Positions 19,796 through 31,352 of a DNA stretch of 64,000 bases are shown here, in pieces. The notes beneath the pieces were generated by a model, which did not search any database, was not told where the DNA came from, and saw only the letters and a list, made by a program, of their open reading frames with translations. The stretch is from an uncultured Gammaproteobacteria bacterium. Its GTDB lineage: Bacteria; Pseudomonadota; Gammaproteobacteria; Chromatiales; Chromatiaceae. The stretch lies in the NCBI GenBank assembly GCA_963841065.1, contig CAWJBI010000031.1:80674-144673 (forward strand), in the 5' to 3' direction. The position numbers and the translations under genes are program-made. The number at the start of each line of letters is the position of its first letter. Position 1 is the stretch's first letter.

Positions 19796-21118
19796 TCAAT
19801 GGTCGAACTGGGCCTCTTCGGTGGAGCCGGTGAGGGCGGTCAGGGAGGAGGTGCCGCCCTGGATGACGGTGGTCACGTCATCAAAGTAGCCGGCGCCCAC
19901 TTCCTGCTGATGGGAGACGAAGGTGTAACCCTTTTCGCGTGCCTGGAATTCAGGTCCCTGTACCTTCTCGACATAGTGGCGCATGCCCTCGCCGCGGGCG
20001 TAGTCGTAGGCCAGGTCATACATGTTGTACCACATGCTGTGAATGCCGGCCAGGGTGATGAACTGGTACTTGTAGCCCATCGCGGACAGCTCATCCTGGA
20101 ACTTGGCGATGGTCTTGTCGTCCAGATTCTTCTTCCAGTTGAAGGAGGGCGAGCAGTTGTAGGCCAACAGCTTGTTGGGGTTCTGCGCCATCAGGGCCTC
20201 GGCGAATTCACGGGCGAAGCCCAGGTCCGGGGTACCGGTCTCGCACCACACCAAGTCGGCGTAGGGGGCATAGGCAAGGCCACGGCTGATGGCCTGCTCC
20301 AGACCATTCTTGACGTTGTAGAGGCCCTCGGCGGTGCGGGTGCCCAGGAGGAAGGGCTTGTCGTTGGCATCGAAATCGGAGGTCAGCAAGTTGGCCGCCT
20401 CGGCGTCGGTGCGGGCCAGCACCAGGGTGGGGACGCCGCAGACATCCGCCGCCAGGCGGGCGGCGATGAGCTTCTGTACCGCCTCCTGGGTGGGGACCAG
20501 GACCTTGCCGCCCATGTGGCCGCATTTCTTGACGGCGGCCAACTGGTCCTCGTAATGCACGCCGGCGGCGCCGGCGGCGATCATGTTCTTCATCAATTCG
20601 AAGGCGTTCAGCACGCCGCCGAAGCCCGCCTCGGCATCCGCCACAATGGGCAGGAAGTGGTCGATATAGCCCGCGTCGCCGGGGCCAACACCACGGCCCC
20701 ACTGGATCTCGTCGGCGCGCTTGAAGGTGTTGTTGATGCGCCGGACCATGGTCGGCACCGAGTCATAGGCGTAGAGGGACTGGTCCGGATACATGGTCTC
20801 GGAGGTGTTGCCGTCGGCTGCCACCTGCCAGCCGGACAGGTAGATGGCCTCGACGCCGGCCTTGGCCTGCTGCATGGCCTGGCCCGCGGTGATGGCGCCC
20901 ATGCAGTTGACGTAACCCTTACGAGCAGCGCCGTGGATCAGTTCCCAGAGCTTTTCGGCCCCGTTGCGGGCATAGGTAAATTCCGGCTGCACGGACCCGC
21001 GCAGGCGGACCACATCGGCGGCGGTATAACCACGGCTCACATCCTTCCAGCGGGGGTTGCTGGCCCATTCCTTCTCCAGGGCCTGAATCTGTTGCTCTCG
21101 GGTCATCATTTTCGACAT
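19796..21118 (-). CDS. aceA: isocitrate lyase
   Basis: 440 aa. Catalytic loop [14 protein letters not shown]. The N-terminus [28 protein letters not shown] is typical of ICL. Confidence 0.92.
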   Translation of the reverse strand: MSKMMTREQQIQALEKEWASNPRWKDVSRGYTAADVVRLRGSVQPEFTYARNGAEKLWELIHGAARKGYVNCMGAITAGQAMQQAKAGVEAIYLSGWQVAADGNTSETMYPDQSLYAYDSVPTMVRRINNTFKRADEIQWGRGVGPGDAGYIDHFLPIVADAEAGFGGVLNAFELMKNMIAAGAAGVHYEDQLAAVKKCGHMGGKVLVPTQEAVQKLIAARLAADVCGVPTLVLARTDAEAANLLTSDFDANDKPFLLGTRTAEGLYNVKNGLEQAISRGLAYAPYADLVWCETGTPDLGFAREFAEALMAQNPNKLLAYNCSPSFNWKKNLDDKTIAKFQDELSAMGYKYQFITLAGIHSMWYNMYDLAYDYARGEGMRHYVEKVQGPEFQAREKGYTFVSHQQEVGAGYFDDVTTVIQGGTSSLTALTGSTEEAQFDH

Positions 21119-21220
21119 GGGTTACTCCGCTCAGTGGTAGGCGCGTTGGTCGCGCGATGGATTTTTCGTGAGGAGGGAGGTGGCGCCCTGTAACAGGTGG
21201 GGCGCCACCGGGAACCAGGT

Positions 21221-22819
<1,599 letters not shown>

Positions 22820-22925
22820 GGGCTTCTCCTGGGGGTGGCGATCGAATTTGTTGTCGGGTCAAGGAGACCCTTGTATTGTGCGCTGCAACAAAATGGTGTA
22901 AAAAGCTCAGTAATTAAAGTCTAAA

Positions 22926-22948
22926 ATTTCAATACATAGATTTGAAAT
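22926..22948. promoter_or_regulatory. inverted repeat ATTTCAA-N9-TTGAAAT in the aceBA/aceK divergent promoter region
   Basis: Perfect 7-bp arms at 22926-22932 and 22942-22948, within the AT-rich 214-bp divergent intergenic region. The GAAAT half-sites recall IclR-type operators. No binding data. Confidence 0.3.
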
Positions 22949-23033
22949 ATGCAATGGTTCGGCGTGGCCTAGTTTGGTAGGCCTCCAGGCGCCGAGCCAG
23001 CCGGATAATTTTGGGAGGGGGGAGACAAGGTTC

Positions 23034-24812
23034 ATGGGCAACATCCTGCAAGATCTGGCACACCAGATCGCTCGTTCCATCCTGACCGGCTTCGACCGGC
23101 ATTATTCTTATTATCAGGAGATTACCAGTTCCGCTCGCCAACGTTTCGAACGAGCCGACTGGGAATCCGTACGGGCGGCCTCCGCCAAGCGGATCAGTTT
23201 CTACGATTTACGGGTTGGGGAGGCGGTTGACAAGTTGCGCTCCGCCTTCGGTATCGAGCACCTGGACGAGCCCCTGTGGCAGGAGGTCAAGCGGGCCTAT
23301 CTTCATCTGCTCGCCCGCCACGGTCGCCCCGAGTTGGCGGAGACCTTTTACAATTCTGTCTTTTGCCGGCTCTTCGATCGCAGATATTACAATAATGACA
23401 ATATCTTTCTGGCCTCCAGTGTCAATCGCCGGGAGTTGGCGGCCCGCTACCTGGTTTACATGTCCTTCCATCCTGGGGATGGCGGGCTCGAGCAGTGCGT
23501 GTGGGAGATCCTCTCCGCCTTTTATTTCACCCTCCCTTACGAGGACCTCCAACGAGATACCGAGAGGGTAGCCGCCGCCTTCCAGGCTCGTAGCGCCCTC
23601 GGTACCCGCAGCCTGAAGGACGTGCGCATCGACGTGCTGGAATCCCCCTTCTACCGCAACAAGGCGGCCTACCTGATTGGGCGCGTGGTCCAGGGAGAAG
23701 AATGCCAGCCCTTCGTCATCCCCCTCGTCAACAACGAGGCGGGGGCCATCTATGCCGATACCCTGCTCACCCAGCCGGAGCAGGTGGACGCGGTATTCAG
23801 TTTTACCCGCGCTTATTTTATGGTGAAGACCCCGGTCCCGGCGGCCACCGTTGACTTTCTCCAGAGCCTGATGCCCAGCAAGTCCCTCGCCGATCTCTAC
23901 ATGAGCATCGGTTTCCAGAAGCAGGCCAAGAACGAGTTCTACCGCGACTTCCTGGATCACCTGGCCAACTCGGATGACCTCTTCCAGATCGCCCCCGGCG
24001 CCCGGGGCATGGTCATGCTGGTGTTTACCCTGGCCTCCTTCCCCTATGTATTCAAGGTGATACGCGACCGTTTCCCCCCCCAGAAGGAGGTCACCCGCCA
24101 GCAGGTGAAGGAGCGCTATCAGCAAGTCAAGAATCACGACCGCATGGGCCGGCTGGCGGATACCCTGGAGTTCTCCGACGTGGCCTTCCCGCGTCATCGC
24201 TTCTCGCCCGAACTGTTGCGAGAGATCGAGGCGGAGGTGCCCTCCCTGGTGCAGGAGGAAGACGGCATGCTGGTGTTGCGCCATCTCTATATCGAGCGGC
24301 GCATGACGCCCCTGGACCTCTACCTGACCGAGGCCAGCCCCGCGGAGCAGCGCGCCATCCTGGATGACTGGGGTCTGGCCCTCAAGCAACTCATGGGCGT
24401 CAACATCTTTCCGGGGGATCTCCTCTTCAAGAACTTTGGGGTCACCCGCCTGGGTCGGGTGATCTTCTATGATTACGACGAGATTTGTTATCTCGGCGAG
24501 TGCAAATTCCGCAAGATTCCCCAGGCCCGCACCCTTGATGACGAGATGAGCGCCGAACCCTGGTACACCGTGAATCCCGGGGACGTGTTCCCGGAGGAAT
24601 TTCCCACCTTTCTCACCAACAGCCAGGAACTGCGCCAAATCCTGTTCGACACTCACCCGGAAATTTTCGACTACCGCTATTGGCAACAACGCCAGAAGGA
24701 CACCGCCAATGGGGTCTGGGAGGACGTCTTTCCCTATGGCCAGGAACTGCGTTTCGAGCGTCCGGTGGCCCCATCCCCGACGCCAGGGCTTGATGCCATT
24801 TCAGGGAGTTAA
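23034..24812 (+). CDS. aceK: isocitrate dehydrogenase kinase/phosphatase
   Basis: ATG at 23034 is preceded by GGGAGGGGGGAGA. MGNILQDLAHQIARSILTGFDRHYSYYQEIT and the rest match AceK over its length. About 592 aa. Confidence 0.9.
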   Translation: MGNILQDLAHQIARSILTGFDRHYSYYQEITSSARQRFERADWESVRAASAKRISFYDLRVGEAVDKLRSAFGIEHLDEPLWQEVKRAYLHLLARHGRPELAETFYNSVFCRLFDRRYYNNDNIFLASSVNRRELAARYLVYMSFHPGDGGLEQCVWEILSAFYFTLPYEDLQRDTERVAAAFQARSALGTRSLKDVRIDVLESPFYRNKAAYLIGRVVQGEECQPFVIPLVNNEAGAIYADTLLTQPEQVDAVFSFTRAYFMVKTPVPAATVDFLQSLMPSKSLADLYMSIGFQKQAKNEFYRDFLDHLANSDDLFQIAPGARGMVMLVFTLASFPYVFKVIRDRFPPQKEVTRQQVKERYQQVKNHDRMGRLADTLEFSDVAFPRHRFSPELLREIEAEVPSLVQEEDGMLVLRHLYIERRMTPLDLYLTEASPAEQRAILDDWGLALKQLMGVNIFPGDLLFKNFGVTRLGRVIFYDYDEICYLGECKFRKIPQARTLDDEMSAEPWYTVNPGDVFPEEFPTFLTNSQELRQILFDTHPEIFDYRYWQQRQKDTANGVWEDVFPYGQELRFERPVAPSPTPGLDAISGS

Positions 24813-24869
24813 GCGAGCCAGGCGCGCCAATGCCGGGCGGGTTCTCCCGGGTCGGATACTCACCCTGTC

Positions 24870-24883
24870 TTGACCTTGGTTAA
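24870..24883. promoter_or_regulatory. weak FNR/DNR-like box TTGACcttgGTTAA upstream of the dihaem cytochrome c gene
   Basis: 7/10 match to TTGAT-N4-ATCAA, centred about 66 nt upstream of ATG 24943. Confidence 0.25.
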
Positions 24884-24942
24884 GGCTCCCGATTGGCTGG
24901 CCCGTCACGATTATGGGTGATATGGGTAACCGGGTAAGTGAG

Positions 24943-25653
24943 ATGCAAGAACCAAGAATCCAACATTGGGCGCTTAATGCCTTGTTCGCGACCGGCCTGC
25001 TGGCCAGTAGCGCCCAGGCGGCCATGGAACCGGCCGTCGATAAGGTGGATTTGCGTAACGGCAGGGATATCAACGAGGTTTGCGCCGGGTGTCACGGGGA
25101 ATTCGGGCAGGGCGGCAAGGAGGGCGAATACCCACGACTCGCGGGTCTGCCCGCCGCCTTCATCGCCCACCAGCTTGTCCTGTTCCGGGATCGCAAAAGG
25201 ACCAACCTGGCCATGGTCGAATCCGTCGATCACCGACAGATGCCCGACCCCGACATCCAGGATGTGTCTGCTTATCTCGCGGGCCTCAAAATAGCCAGCA
25301 AGCTGCCTCCCGCCGACGAGACGGCCCCGGGCTTCAATGCCTACGAACGGCTGCTCGCCAGCAAGCGCCTGGTCCAGATCCCCCGCGCCGAGGGTGACCC
25401 CGAGGCCGGAAAAAAACTCTACCGCCGCGAATGTGCCTCTTGTCACGGTGACCAGGGTCAGGGTGATCCCCGCGATGCGGTGCCCTTCCTCGCGGGCCAA
25501 TACACTAACTACCTCTGGCGCCAGATCGACAAATACATCGACAAAGGGCGCCTCCACGACCCCTCGGAACCCGATGCCGAGGAGTTGCTCGCGGCCTTCA
25601 AGGCCGAGGAACTCCGGGATATCTTCGCCTATCTGTCCACCCTGGACGATTAG
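24943..25653 (+). CDS. dihaem cytochrome c (c4-like)
   Basis: Signal peptide, and two CxxCH sites (CAGCHG, CASCHG) about 110 aa apart. The start could also be 24913. Confidence 0.8.
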   Translation: MQEPRIQHWALNALFATGLLASSAQAAMEPAVDKVDLRNGRDINEVCAGCHGEFGQGGKEGEYPRLAGLPAAFIAHQLVLFRDRKRTNLAMVESVDHRQMPDPDIQDVSAYLAGLKIASKLPPADETAPGFNAYERLLASKRLVQIPRAEGDPEAGKKLYRRECASCHGDQGQGDPRDAVPFLAGQYTNYLWRQIDKYIDKGRLHDPSEPDAEELLAAFKAEELRDIFAYLSTLDD

Positions 25654-25677
25654 GGGCGTCCCTGCCCCGGGCGCGAA

Positions 25678-26505
25678 TCAGGGCAGATCACTGCGCTTGA
25701 AAAGGACATAGCCAAGCCAAGCGCTCAGGGTACCGAGCAGAGTCGGGTAGAGGACGGCGAAAGCGATGTAACCAGCCTGGCCGAAGGCGTCGAGGATGAC
25801 GTAGGCGGAGGGGCCGAGCATGACCAATTGTGGGTCGAGGAGGAGCATGGCGGCGGTGCGAAAGACCTGGAGGGGGTTGACCAGGGCAATGGCGACGGCG
25901 GTCTCGGGGGGGAGATGGCCGCGGATCATGACGCCCAGCAGGATGAGGTCGAGGAAGAGCAGCAGGGTGAGCCAGAGGACGAAGGCGGAGGCCTGGGCGA
26001 CATCGGCGGAGCGGGTGAGGGTCGAGAGCAGCATCGCCAGGCCCAGGAAGCACCAGGCCAGGGCCATGAGTAAGCCGGTGTAATAGATGAACAAGGCCCA
26101 GGGGACCTCGGCGCCCTTGGTCGCCCCCCAGGCGATGGCCGCGACCATGGCCAGGAAGACCGGCAGGAAGACCACCAGAAAGCGCCCAACGAGCTTGCCC
26201 CAGAACCAGGCGGCGAGGCCGATGGGCAGCGACAGCAGGTATTCGTAAATGCCCGCCTCGCGGTCGCCGGCTACCGAGCGCACCGTGGTGATGAGGACGA
26301 AGACCGGCAGGATGGCCATGGCGAGCTGAATGTAGGTCACCATGAGCCGCGACAGGCCGGTAAAGCCCATGACGCGCGACTCGGTAAGGCCGAAGACGAA
26401 TAGCAGGGCCACCAGGCCGCCAAAGATAAAGCTATAGACCAGGAACCACTTGGCGCGCAGGGATTCCAGGATGTCCGTTTGGGCGGTGAGCCAGAAATTT
26501 TTCAT
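25678..26505 (-). CDS. nosY: NosY, ABC-2-type permease of the Nos copper-maturation ABC system
   Basis: 275 aa with 6 TM segments. N-terminus MKNFWLTAQTDILESLRAKWFLVY. A 4-nt overlap with the nosL stop. Confidence 0.8.
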   Translation of the reverse strand: MKNFWLTAQTDILESLRAKWFLVYSFIFGGLVALLFVFGLTESRVMGFTGLSRLMVTYIQLAMAILPVFVLITTVRSVAGDREAGIYEYLLSLPIGLAAWFWGKLVGRFLVVFLPVFLAMVAAIAWGATKGAEVPWALFIYYTGLLMALAWCFLGLAMLLSTLTRSADVAQASAFVLWLTLLLFLDLILLGVMIRGHLPPETAVAIALVNPLQVFRTAAMLLLDPQLVMLGPSAYVILDAFGQAGYIAFAVLYPTLLGTLSAWLGYVLFKRSDLP

Positions 26506-27023
26506 TCGGTGAGGTGTAGGTGCCTGTGTCCGGTCGCGGCTTGGGGATTGAAGACGGGGGCGTTGAAGCGTGCCTCCACTTCAAAGATGTGGCTCTTGGC
26601 CGCGGCAAAGTCGATGGCGCCTGACGTGGGCTCCGTTTGCGCCCCCAGGCCGTACTGCATGGGCGTCTCCTTGCCCTTGAGGTAATAGGCGGTTCGGGCA
26701 TCGATCCAGGCCCCATTACGCCAGTCGTTAACCCAGATCTCGGTGCGGGGGTCCCCCCGCCAGGGCTGTTTATCCAGCCAGATGACGGCGCAGCCAATGT
26801 CATCGAAAAAATGCAGGCTAGATTTGCCCTCCGCCTCGAAGGCGCGAATCTGGGCGGAATAGTTCCGGGCCGACAGCACCATGCGGCAGCGCTCGCAGGC
26901 GATCCGATCCCACTTCACGGCGACGGGACCGGTGCCGCTATCGCCGCAACCCGTGAGTCCCGGCAGGCCGCCGAGCAACAACAAAAGGGCCAGGAGGGCC
27001 GAAAGCAGCGGACGATCAGACAT
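26502..27023 (-). CDS. nosL: NosL copper chaperone lipoprotein
   Basis: Lipobox LTGCGD. Blocks CERCRMVLSARNYSAQIR and FDDIGCAVIWL are typical of NosL. Confidence 0.85.
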   Translation of the reverse strand: MSDRPLLSALLALLLLLGGLPGLTGCGDSGTGPVAVKWDRIACERCRMVLSARNYSAQIRAFEAEGKSSLHFFDDIGCAVIWLDKQPWRGDPRTEIWVNDWRNGAWIDARTAYYLKGKETPMQYGLGAQTEPTSGAIDFAAAKSHIFEVEARFNAPVFNPQAATGHRHLHLTE

Positions 27024-27073
27024 GGGACATCTCCATCACCGGAATTTCCCCAAGATCGTACCTGATCCGCATT

Positions 27074-27937
27074 TTAAGTCTCATCACTTATTTCATTGAG
27101 GCTGAGCGTGGCGATGAGGGCGGCGTAGCGGGATATCATGCCCAGAAACCGCAGCCGGTCGGCGCCCGGCACCTGCCCATGCCAGCTCAGCCCCGCGTCC
27201 AGGGCGGTGAAGCCCCAGGGACCGATGGCGCGGGCAAAGGCCTCGTCGGCGCGAGTCAGGGTCAGGCGGCAGGCGAGGTGGCTGGAAAGGTCCACCAGGT
27301 CCGCGACCCGGTCGTCCAGCACGACCTGGCCCTGATCCAGTTCGACGACCCGGTTGACCAGGGCTGCCACCTCGTCCAGGCGGTGGCTGGAGATGATCAT
27401 GGCGGCGCTGTTCTGACGCTGGGCGAGGAGGTCGAAAAAGATCCGTCGCGCCTGGGGGTCCAGATTGGCCGCCGGTTCATCGAGGATCAGGACCTCCGCG
27501 TCCCGGCCCAGGGCGATGCTGATCAGGAGCTTCTGCTTCTGGCCGCCGGAGAGCTTGACGAAGGGGTGACGGCGGAAGCGCGCTACATCCAACCCCAGAT
27601 GGCCGGCCATCTCCGTCATCCGCGCCGGGTCGGCACCACAGACCCCGGCGGCGAAGGACAGGAGCTGGCCTACGGGCATGCGCAGGGGTGGCGGCAGTTG
27701 CGGCACGAAGCCGATCTTGGCCAGGACCTGTTCACGGTGTTCGCGCGGGTTCAGGCCATCCAGGGTGACCCGGCCCTGACAATGGTATTCCCCCAGCAGG
27801 CAGCGGATGAGGGTGGTCTTGCCGGCGCCATTGGAGCCAATGAGGGCCACCCGGTGTCCGCGCTCGATCTCCAGGTCGATGCCCTGGAGGACCGCCTGGC
27901 GGCGGAAGCGCTTGATGACCTTTTCGAAAATAATCAT
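27074..27937 (-). CDS. nosF: NosF ABC transporter ATPase
   Basis: ATG at 27937 gives MIIFEKVIKRF. Walker A GSNGAGKTT, signature LSGGQKQKL, Walker B ILDEP. Confidence 0.85.
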   Translation of the reverse strand: MIIFEKVIKRFRRQAVLQGIDLEIERGHRVALIGSNGAGKTTLIRCLLGEYHCQGRVTLDGLNPREHREQVLAKIGFVPQLPPPLRMPVGQLLSFAAGVCGADPARMTEMAGHLGLDVARFRRHPFVKLSGGQKQKLLISIALGRDAEVLILDEPAANLDPQARRIFFDLLAQRQNSAAMIISSHRLDEVAALVNRVVELDQGQVVLDDRVADLVDLSSHLACRLTLTRADEAFARAIGPWGFTALDAGLSWHGQVPGADRLRFLGMISRYAALIATLSLNEISDET

Positions 27938-27942
27938 GCCGG

Positions 27943-28922
27943 TTACAACACCTTGTCCAGGCCCTTGACCGTGAAGCTCAAGGAATTGGTCGGGCAGATG
28001 TCCACGCACAGGCCGCAGCGGGTGCAGTCGGCGCCAATGTCGGTGGTGACGTCCCGCGCCCGGCCGCGGATGGTGACGTCGAGGACATGGGGGACCAGAC
28101 AAATGGCACGGCAGTCACCCTCGTGATGGCAGTCCTGGACCCGATACTGGACCCGTACCGGAGACAGCACGCCCACCAGGCCGTAGGTCACGCCGATGGG
28201 GCAGACATAGCGACACCAGGCACGGCGGGACACGAAGACCTCGAAGGCCAGCAGGGCCAGCACCCAGACCAAGGCCAGGCCAGGGCCATAGATGAGGGCG
28301 CGGCTGAGGATACCGGTGGGGGACAGGGTCTCGAACAGGGTGTAGCCGCTGACCAGGGTCAGGAGGATGAAGAAGACATAGAAGACGGTGCGGCCGCCCC
28401 GGTGGAACTTGATGTCCCGCACCCAGCTTGCGCTTGGCCAGCCAGAGGTGGAGCTTCTCCGCCCACTCGGCCAGCAGGTGATAGGGGCAGGCCCAGGAGC
28501 AGAAGGTGCGCCCCCCCAGGAGTACCAGAGGATGAAGACGGTCACGGTGCCGATGACCAGATTGAGGACGATATGCTTGTAGGCGAGCATCACCAGGAGG
28601 GCCGAGTTCAGGTCCGCCATGTGAAAGCCGACAAAGCGCGAGGCGGTCAGTGGCCCCCTCCAGGAGCTGGACGTCGAAATAATAGGAGACGACAAAGAGC
28701 AGGTTGATGGTGATGAGGGTGACCCAACGGCGGTTGCGCCACTTGTGGCGATCTGGCGGCCTGGGCGCGCGCGGCCTCTACCGCCTGAAGCATTTCCCGG
28801 GTCAACGTGTCGCGGCGCTTCTCCGCCATGAGGGTAACCACCTCTTGCCGGCGGTCCTCCGGTCCGGGCTTGGACGGGTCCAGGCCAAGCAGCTGGCGCA
28901 GGGAATCGATCATGTAGTTCAT
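27943..28922 (-). pseudogene. nosH: NosH (NapH-like membrane 4Fe-4S protein), at least 3 apparent frameshifts
   Basis: Family blocks are spread over frames: RWVTLITINLLFVVSYYFDVQLLEGPLTASRF; GRTFCSWACPYHLLAEW; WCRYVCPIGVTYG; CTRCGLCVDICPTNS. One shift is at a 7-nt C run, 28511-28517. Confidence 0.7.
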
Positions 28923-28929
28923 GGTGGCT

Positions 28930-29790
28930 TCAACCAACCTGGGCCGCGTCCGCGACGCGGTCGATGTCGATGACAATGGCGGTGGGGTCCACGGGCAGAT
29001 CATCTCGCAGACGCCACAGCCGACGCAGCCGTCCTGAACGACGGGCAGGGCGCCGCCCCCGGCTTGGGCCTCCAGGGGATGGCTGGTCGCGGCGGACACT
29101 GATTGGCGATCTCTCCGCGAGGGACTGGCGCGCCCGCGGTGCACTGGGCGATGCGGATCTCGATGGGGCACTGGCGCAGAGCAGAGATCGCAGAGGTCCA
29201 GATCGTAGGGGTGATCCGCCACGGGGATGGGCAGCCAGCGATTCACGGCCTCATAGCGCAGCAGGCCGCGGAAAATCGGCCCCTCGGGCCAGACCTTTGA
29301 AGCCCAGGCCCCGAATCGCCAGGCAGGACTCGGGCCGTGCCAGCCGGGCCAGACCCATGCGCGCTGGCCGCGGGGAAGTTGAGGTCGTGGGTGAGGGCGC
29401 CGGTGGGGCAGGCCAGGACGCACTGCAGGCCGTCGCAGGAGAAGTCGCAGGCCTGGTCGCGGGCCTCGATGTAGGGGATGCCGACCCCGACCCCATCGCC
29501 GAGGTCCGCGAGATGGATGGCCTCGACGGGACAGACCTGGACGCACTGACCGCACTTGATGCAGGCGGCGAGAAATTGCTGCTCCTGGAGCCGGTCCTTG
29601 ATGGCCCCCGGCGGGCGCAACCGGGCATTGGCCTGACCCGATCAGGGGCAGCAGGCCCGCCAGGGAGACGCCCACCACGCCGACCCCCAGGATCGAGGTG
29701 CGAAGGAATTCCCGACGGTTCTGTTCGCGGCGGACCTTGGGGCTGAGGGCCGGGCGAGGCGGGGTGGCTCTTCTTCTGCTCTGATGACAT
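28930..29790 (-). pseudogene. nosG: NosG (NapG-like periplasmic ferredoxin with Tat signal), at least 4 apparent frameshifts
   Basis: ATG at 29790. The Tat motif NRREFLRTSILGVGVVG, CIKCGQCVQVCP, CVLACPTGAL and CVGCGVCEMICP are recovered only by switching frames. Confidence 0.7.
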
Positions 29791-30034
29791 GGTGTTACAT
29801 CTCGGGGAATCAGTCGCGGCCGAGGGACTGGCGCAGGGCCTGGTAGGCATCAAAACCGCCGGCCGGCGGGGGTGGCGGCGTCCGGGGCTGGTCCGGCGGT
29901 AGCGGGGGTGGCCCCCGCCTCTTATCTTCCTCGTCCGGGTATTCCTCGTCCTCGACGATGCCAAGGGATTTAGCCGGATGTCGCGCAGACTGGCCAGGAT
30001 ATCGACCACGGTATCCACCGAACGCAGGGGTTTT

Positions 30035-31352
30035 TCATCCCGGGCCAGTCGGTTCGGGTTCGCTCAAGGGGGCCAGGCGCTCCAGGAAGTCGATGCACCT
30101 CCAGCATGGGCGACCCCTTGAAGAACTGGGCCGGCGGCACGTCCATCCAGAGGCGGTCGGCATAGGTATATTGCTCATAGGGGGTGTCGCCGATGCCGTC
30201 GCCGTCGCGGTCGAAGCCCTCGTAGTCGTCCCAGTAGTTGCCTTCCCAGGTGTTGAGGCTGGCGCCCTTGCCCGCCCCCCATCGAGCACGACTTGCGTGA
30301 TGTTGCCCTCGAAGCGGTTGCCGATGAAGACGTTGCCGTCGCCAGTCGGGCAGCCAGCGGACGGCCACCCCGTTGAAGGCGATAAGGTTATTGGGAAGCG
30401 GTTGGTGGTGCCAGGCTGATAGGGCGAGAGGTCGAGGTAGATGCCGATGGCGCAGGAGAGCACCTTGTTGCCGCTGATGTCCACGTCGGAGGTCTCTTTG
30501 AAGCCGATACCGACCCCGGTGGGCCCCGAGGCGTTGATGATGGTGTTGTTACGCAGGATTATGCCGTCGCTGTACATGAGGAAGATGCCTACGCGTATTG
30601 TTTTCGTAGTGGTTGTCCTCGACCCGGTTGACGTGGGAATACATGAAGTGCAGGGAATAGCGGCCCCCGCGGGCGTCGTTGCGGGCGATGAGGTTGTCCT
30701 GGGAATACCAGACCACGGTGTCGCGGGAGTCGCGAATGATGTTATCCGTGGCCTGATTCTTATAGCTGTACCAGAAGCGAATGGCATCACCGCGGACACC
30801 CAGTTCCACGGGCTTGGATGAGATACGGTTGCGGCGGACGATGTTGTTGTTGGACTGCTGGAGATCGACGCCGAAGAGGCAGTTGTCGATCACATTGTCC
30901 TTGATGACGTTGAAGTTGCCGCGCACCTGAATACCGCTATCGATGTCGTTGTGGGAATCACCGGAGTTGGTCAGGCGCAGGTTCCGGAGGGTGGCACCGT
31001 CGGTCTTGAGGAGGATGAGGGTCCCCTTGCCGCCCCCATCGATGACCACCTGGTCGCGGCCATCGAGGGTCAGGGGCTTATCGATGACCAGGGGGCCGGC
31101 ATAGGTGCCCGGTTCGGGTGTCAGCACGTCTCCGGGCTTGGCCTCGTCAATCAGGGTCTGCAGCGAGACCAGGCCGGTCTGGGACTGGGTCTGATGTTGC
31201 GACTGGGCCGGGAGGAAGACCAGAGGCATCGCCAGACCCGCCAGCAGGACCCAGAGGAGGGGGCCCTTGCGGGCGGCACGGACAACGATGGCTCCCGGGA
31301 GCCGCCCGACCAGAGGGACGGGTGACGCCCGGTCGGGGTCCTGGTGGCTCAC
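30035..31352 (-). pseudogene. nosD: NosD (periplasmic beta-helix copper-maturation protein), at least 4 apparent frameshifts; 3' end uncertain
   Basis: GTG at 31352 overlaps the nosB stop (GTGA). The N-terminal ~270 aa are intact (LQTLIDEAKPGDVLTPEPGTYAGPLVIDKPLTLDG, NSGDSHNDIDSGIQV, RGDAIRFWYS). Later beta-helix repeats and the C-terminal NYWDDYEGFDRDGDGIGDTPY lie in other frames. The true stop could be as far downstream as 29810. Confidence 0.7.

Noticed and set aside
25653-25668. Short hairpin GGGGCG-TCCC-TGCCCC with the same TCCC loop as the element hairpins, at the cytochrome c / nosY convergent junction
   Set aside because: It has only 6 bp including a G-T pair, shares no other core sequence, and is too short to assign to the family. 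It may simply be a small 3' stem-loop.
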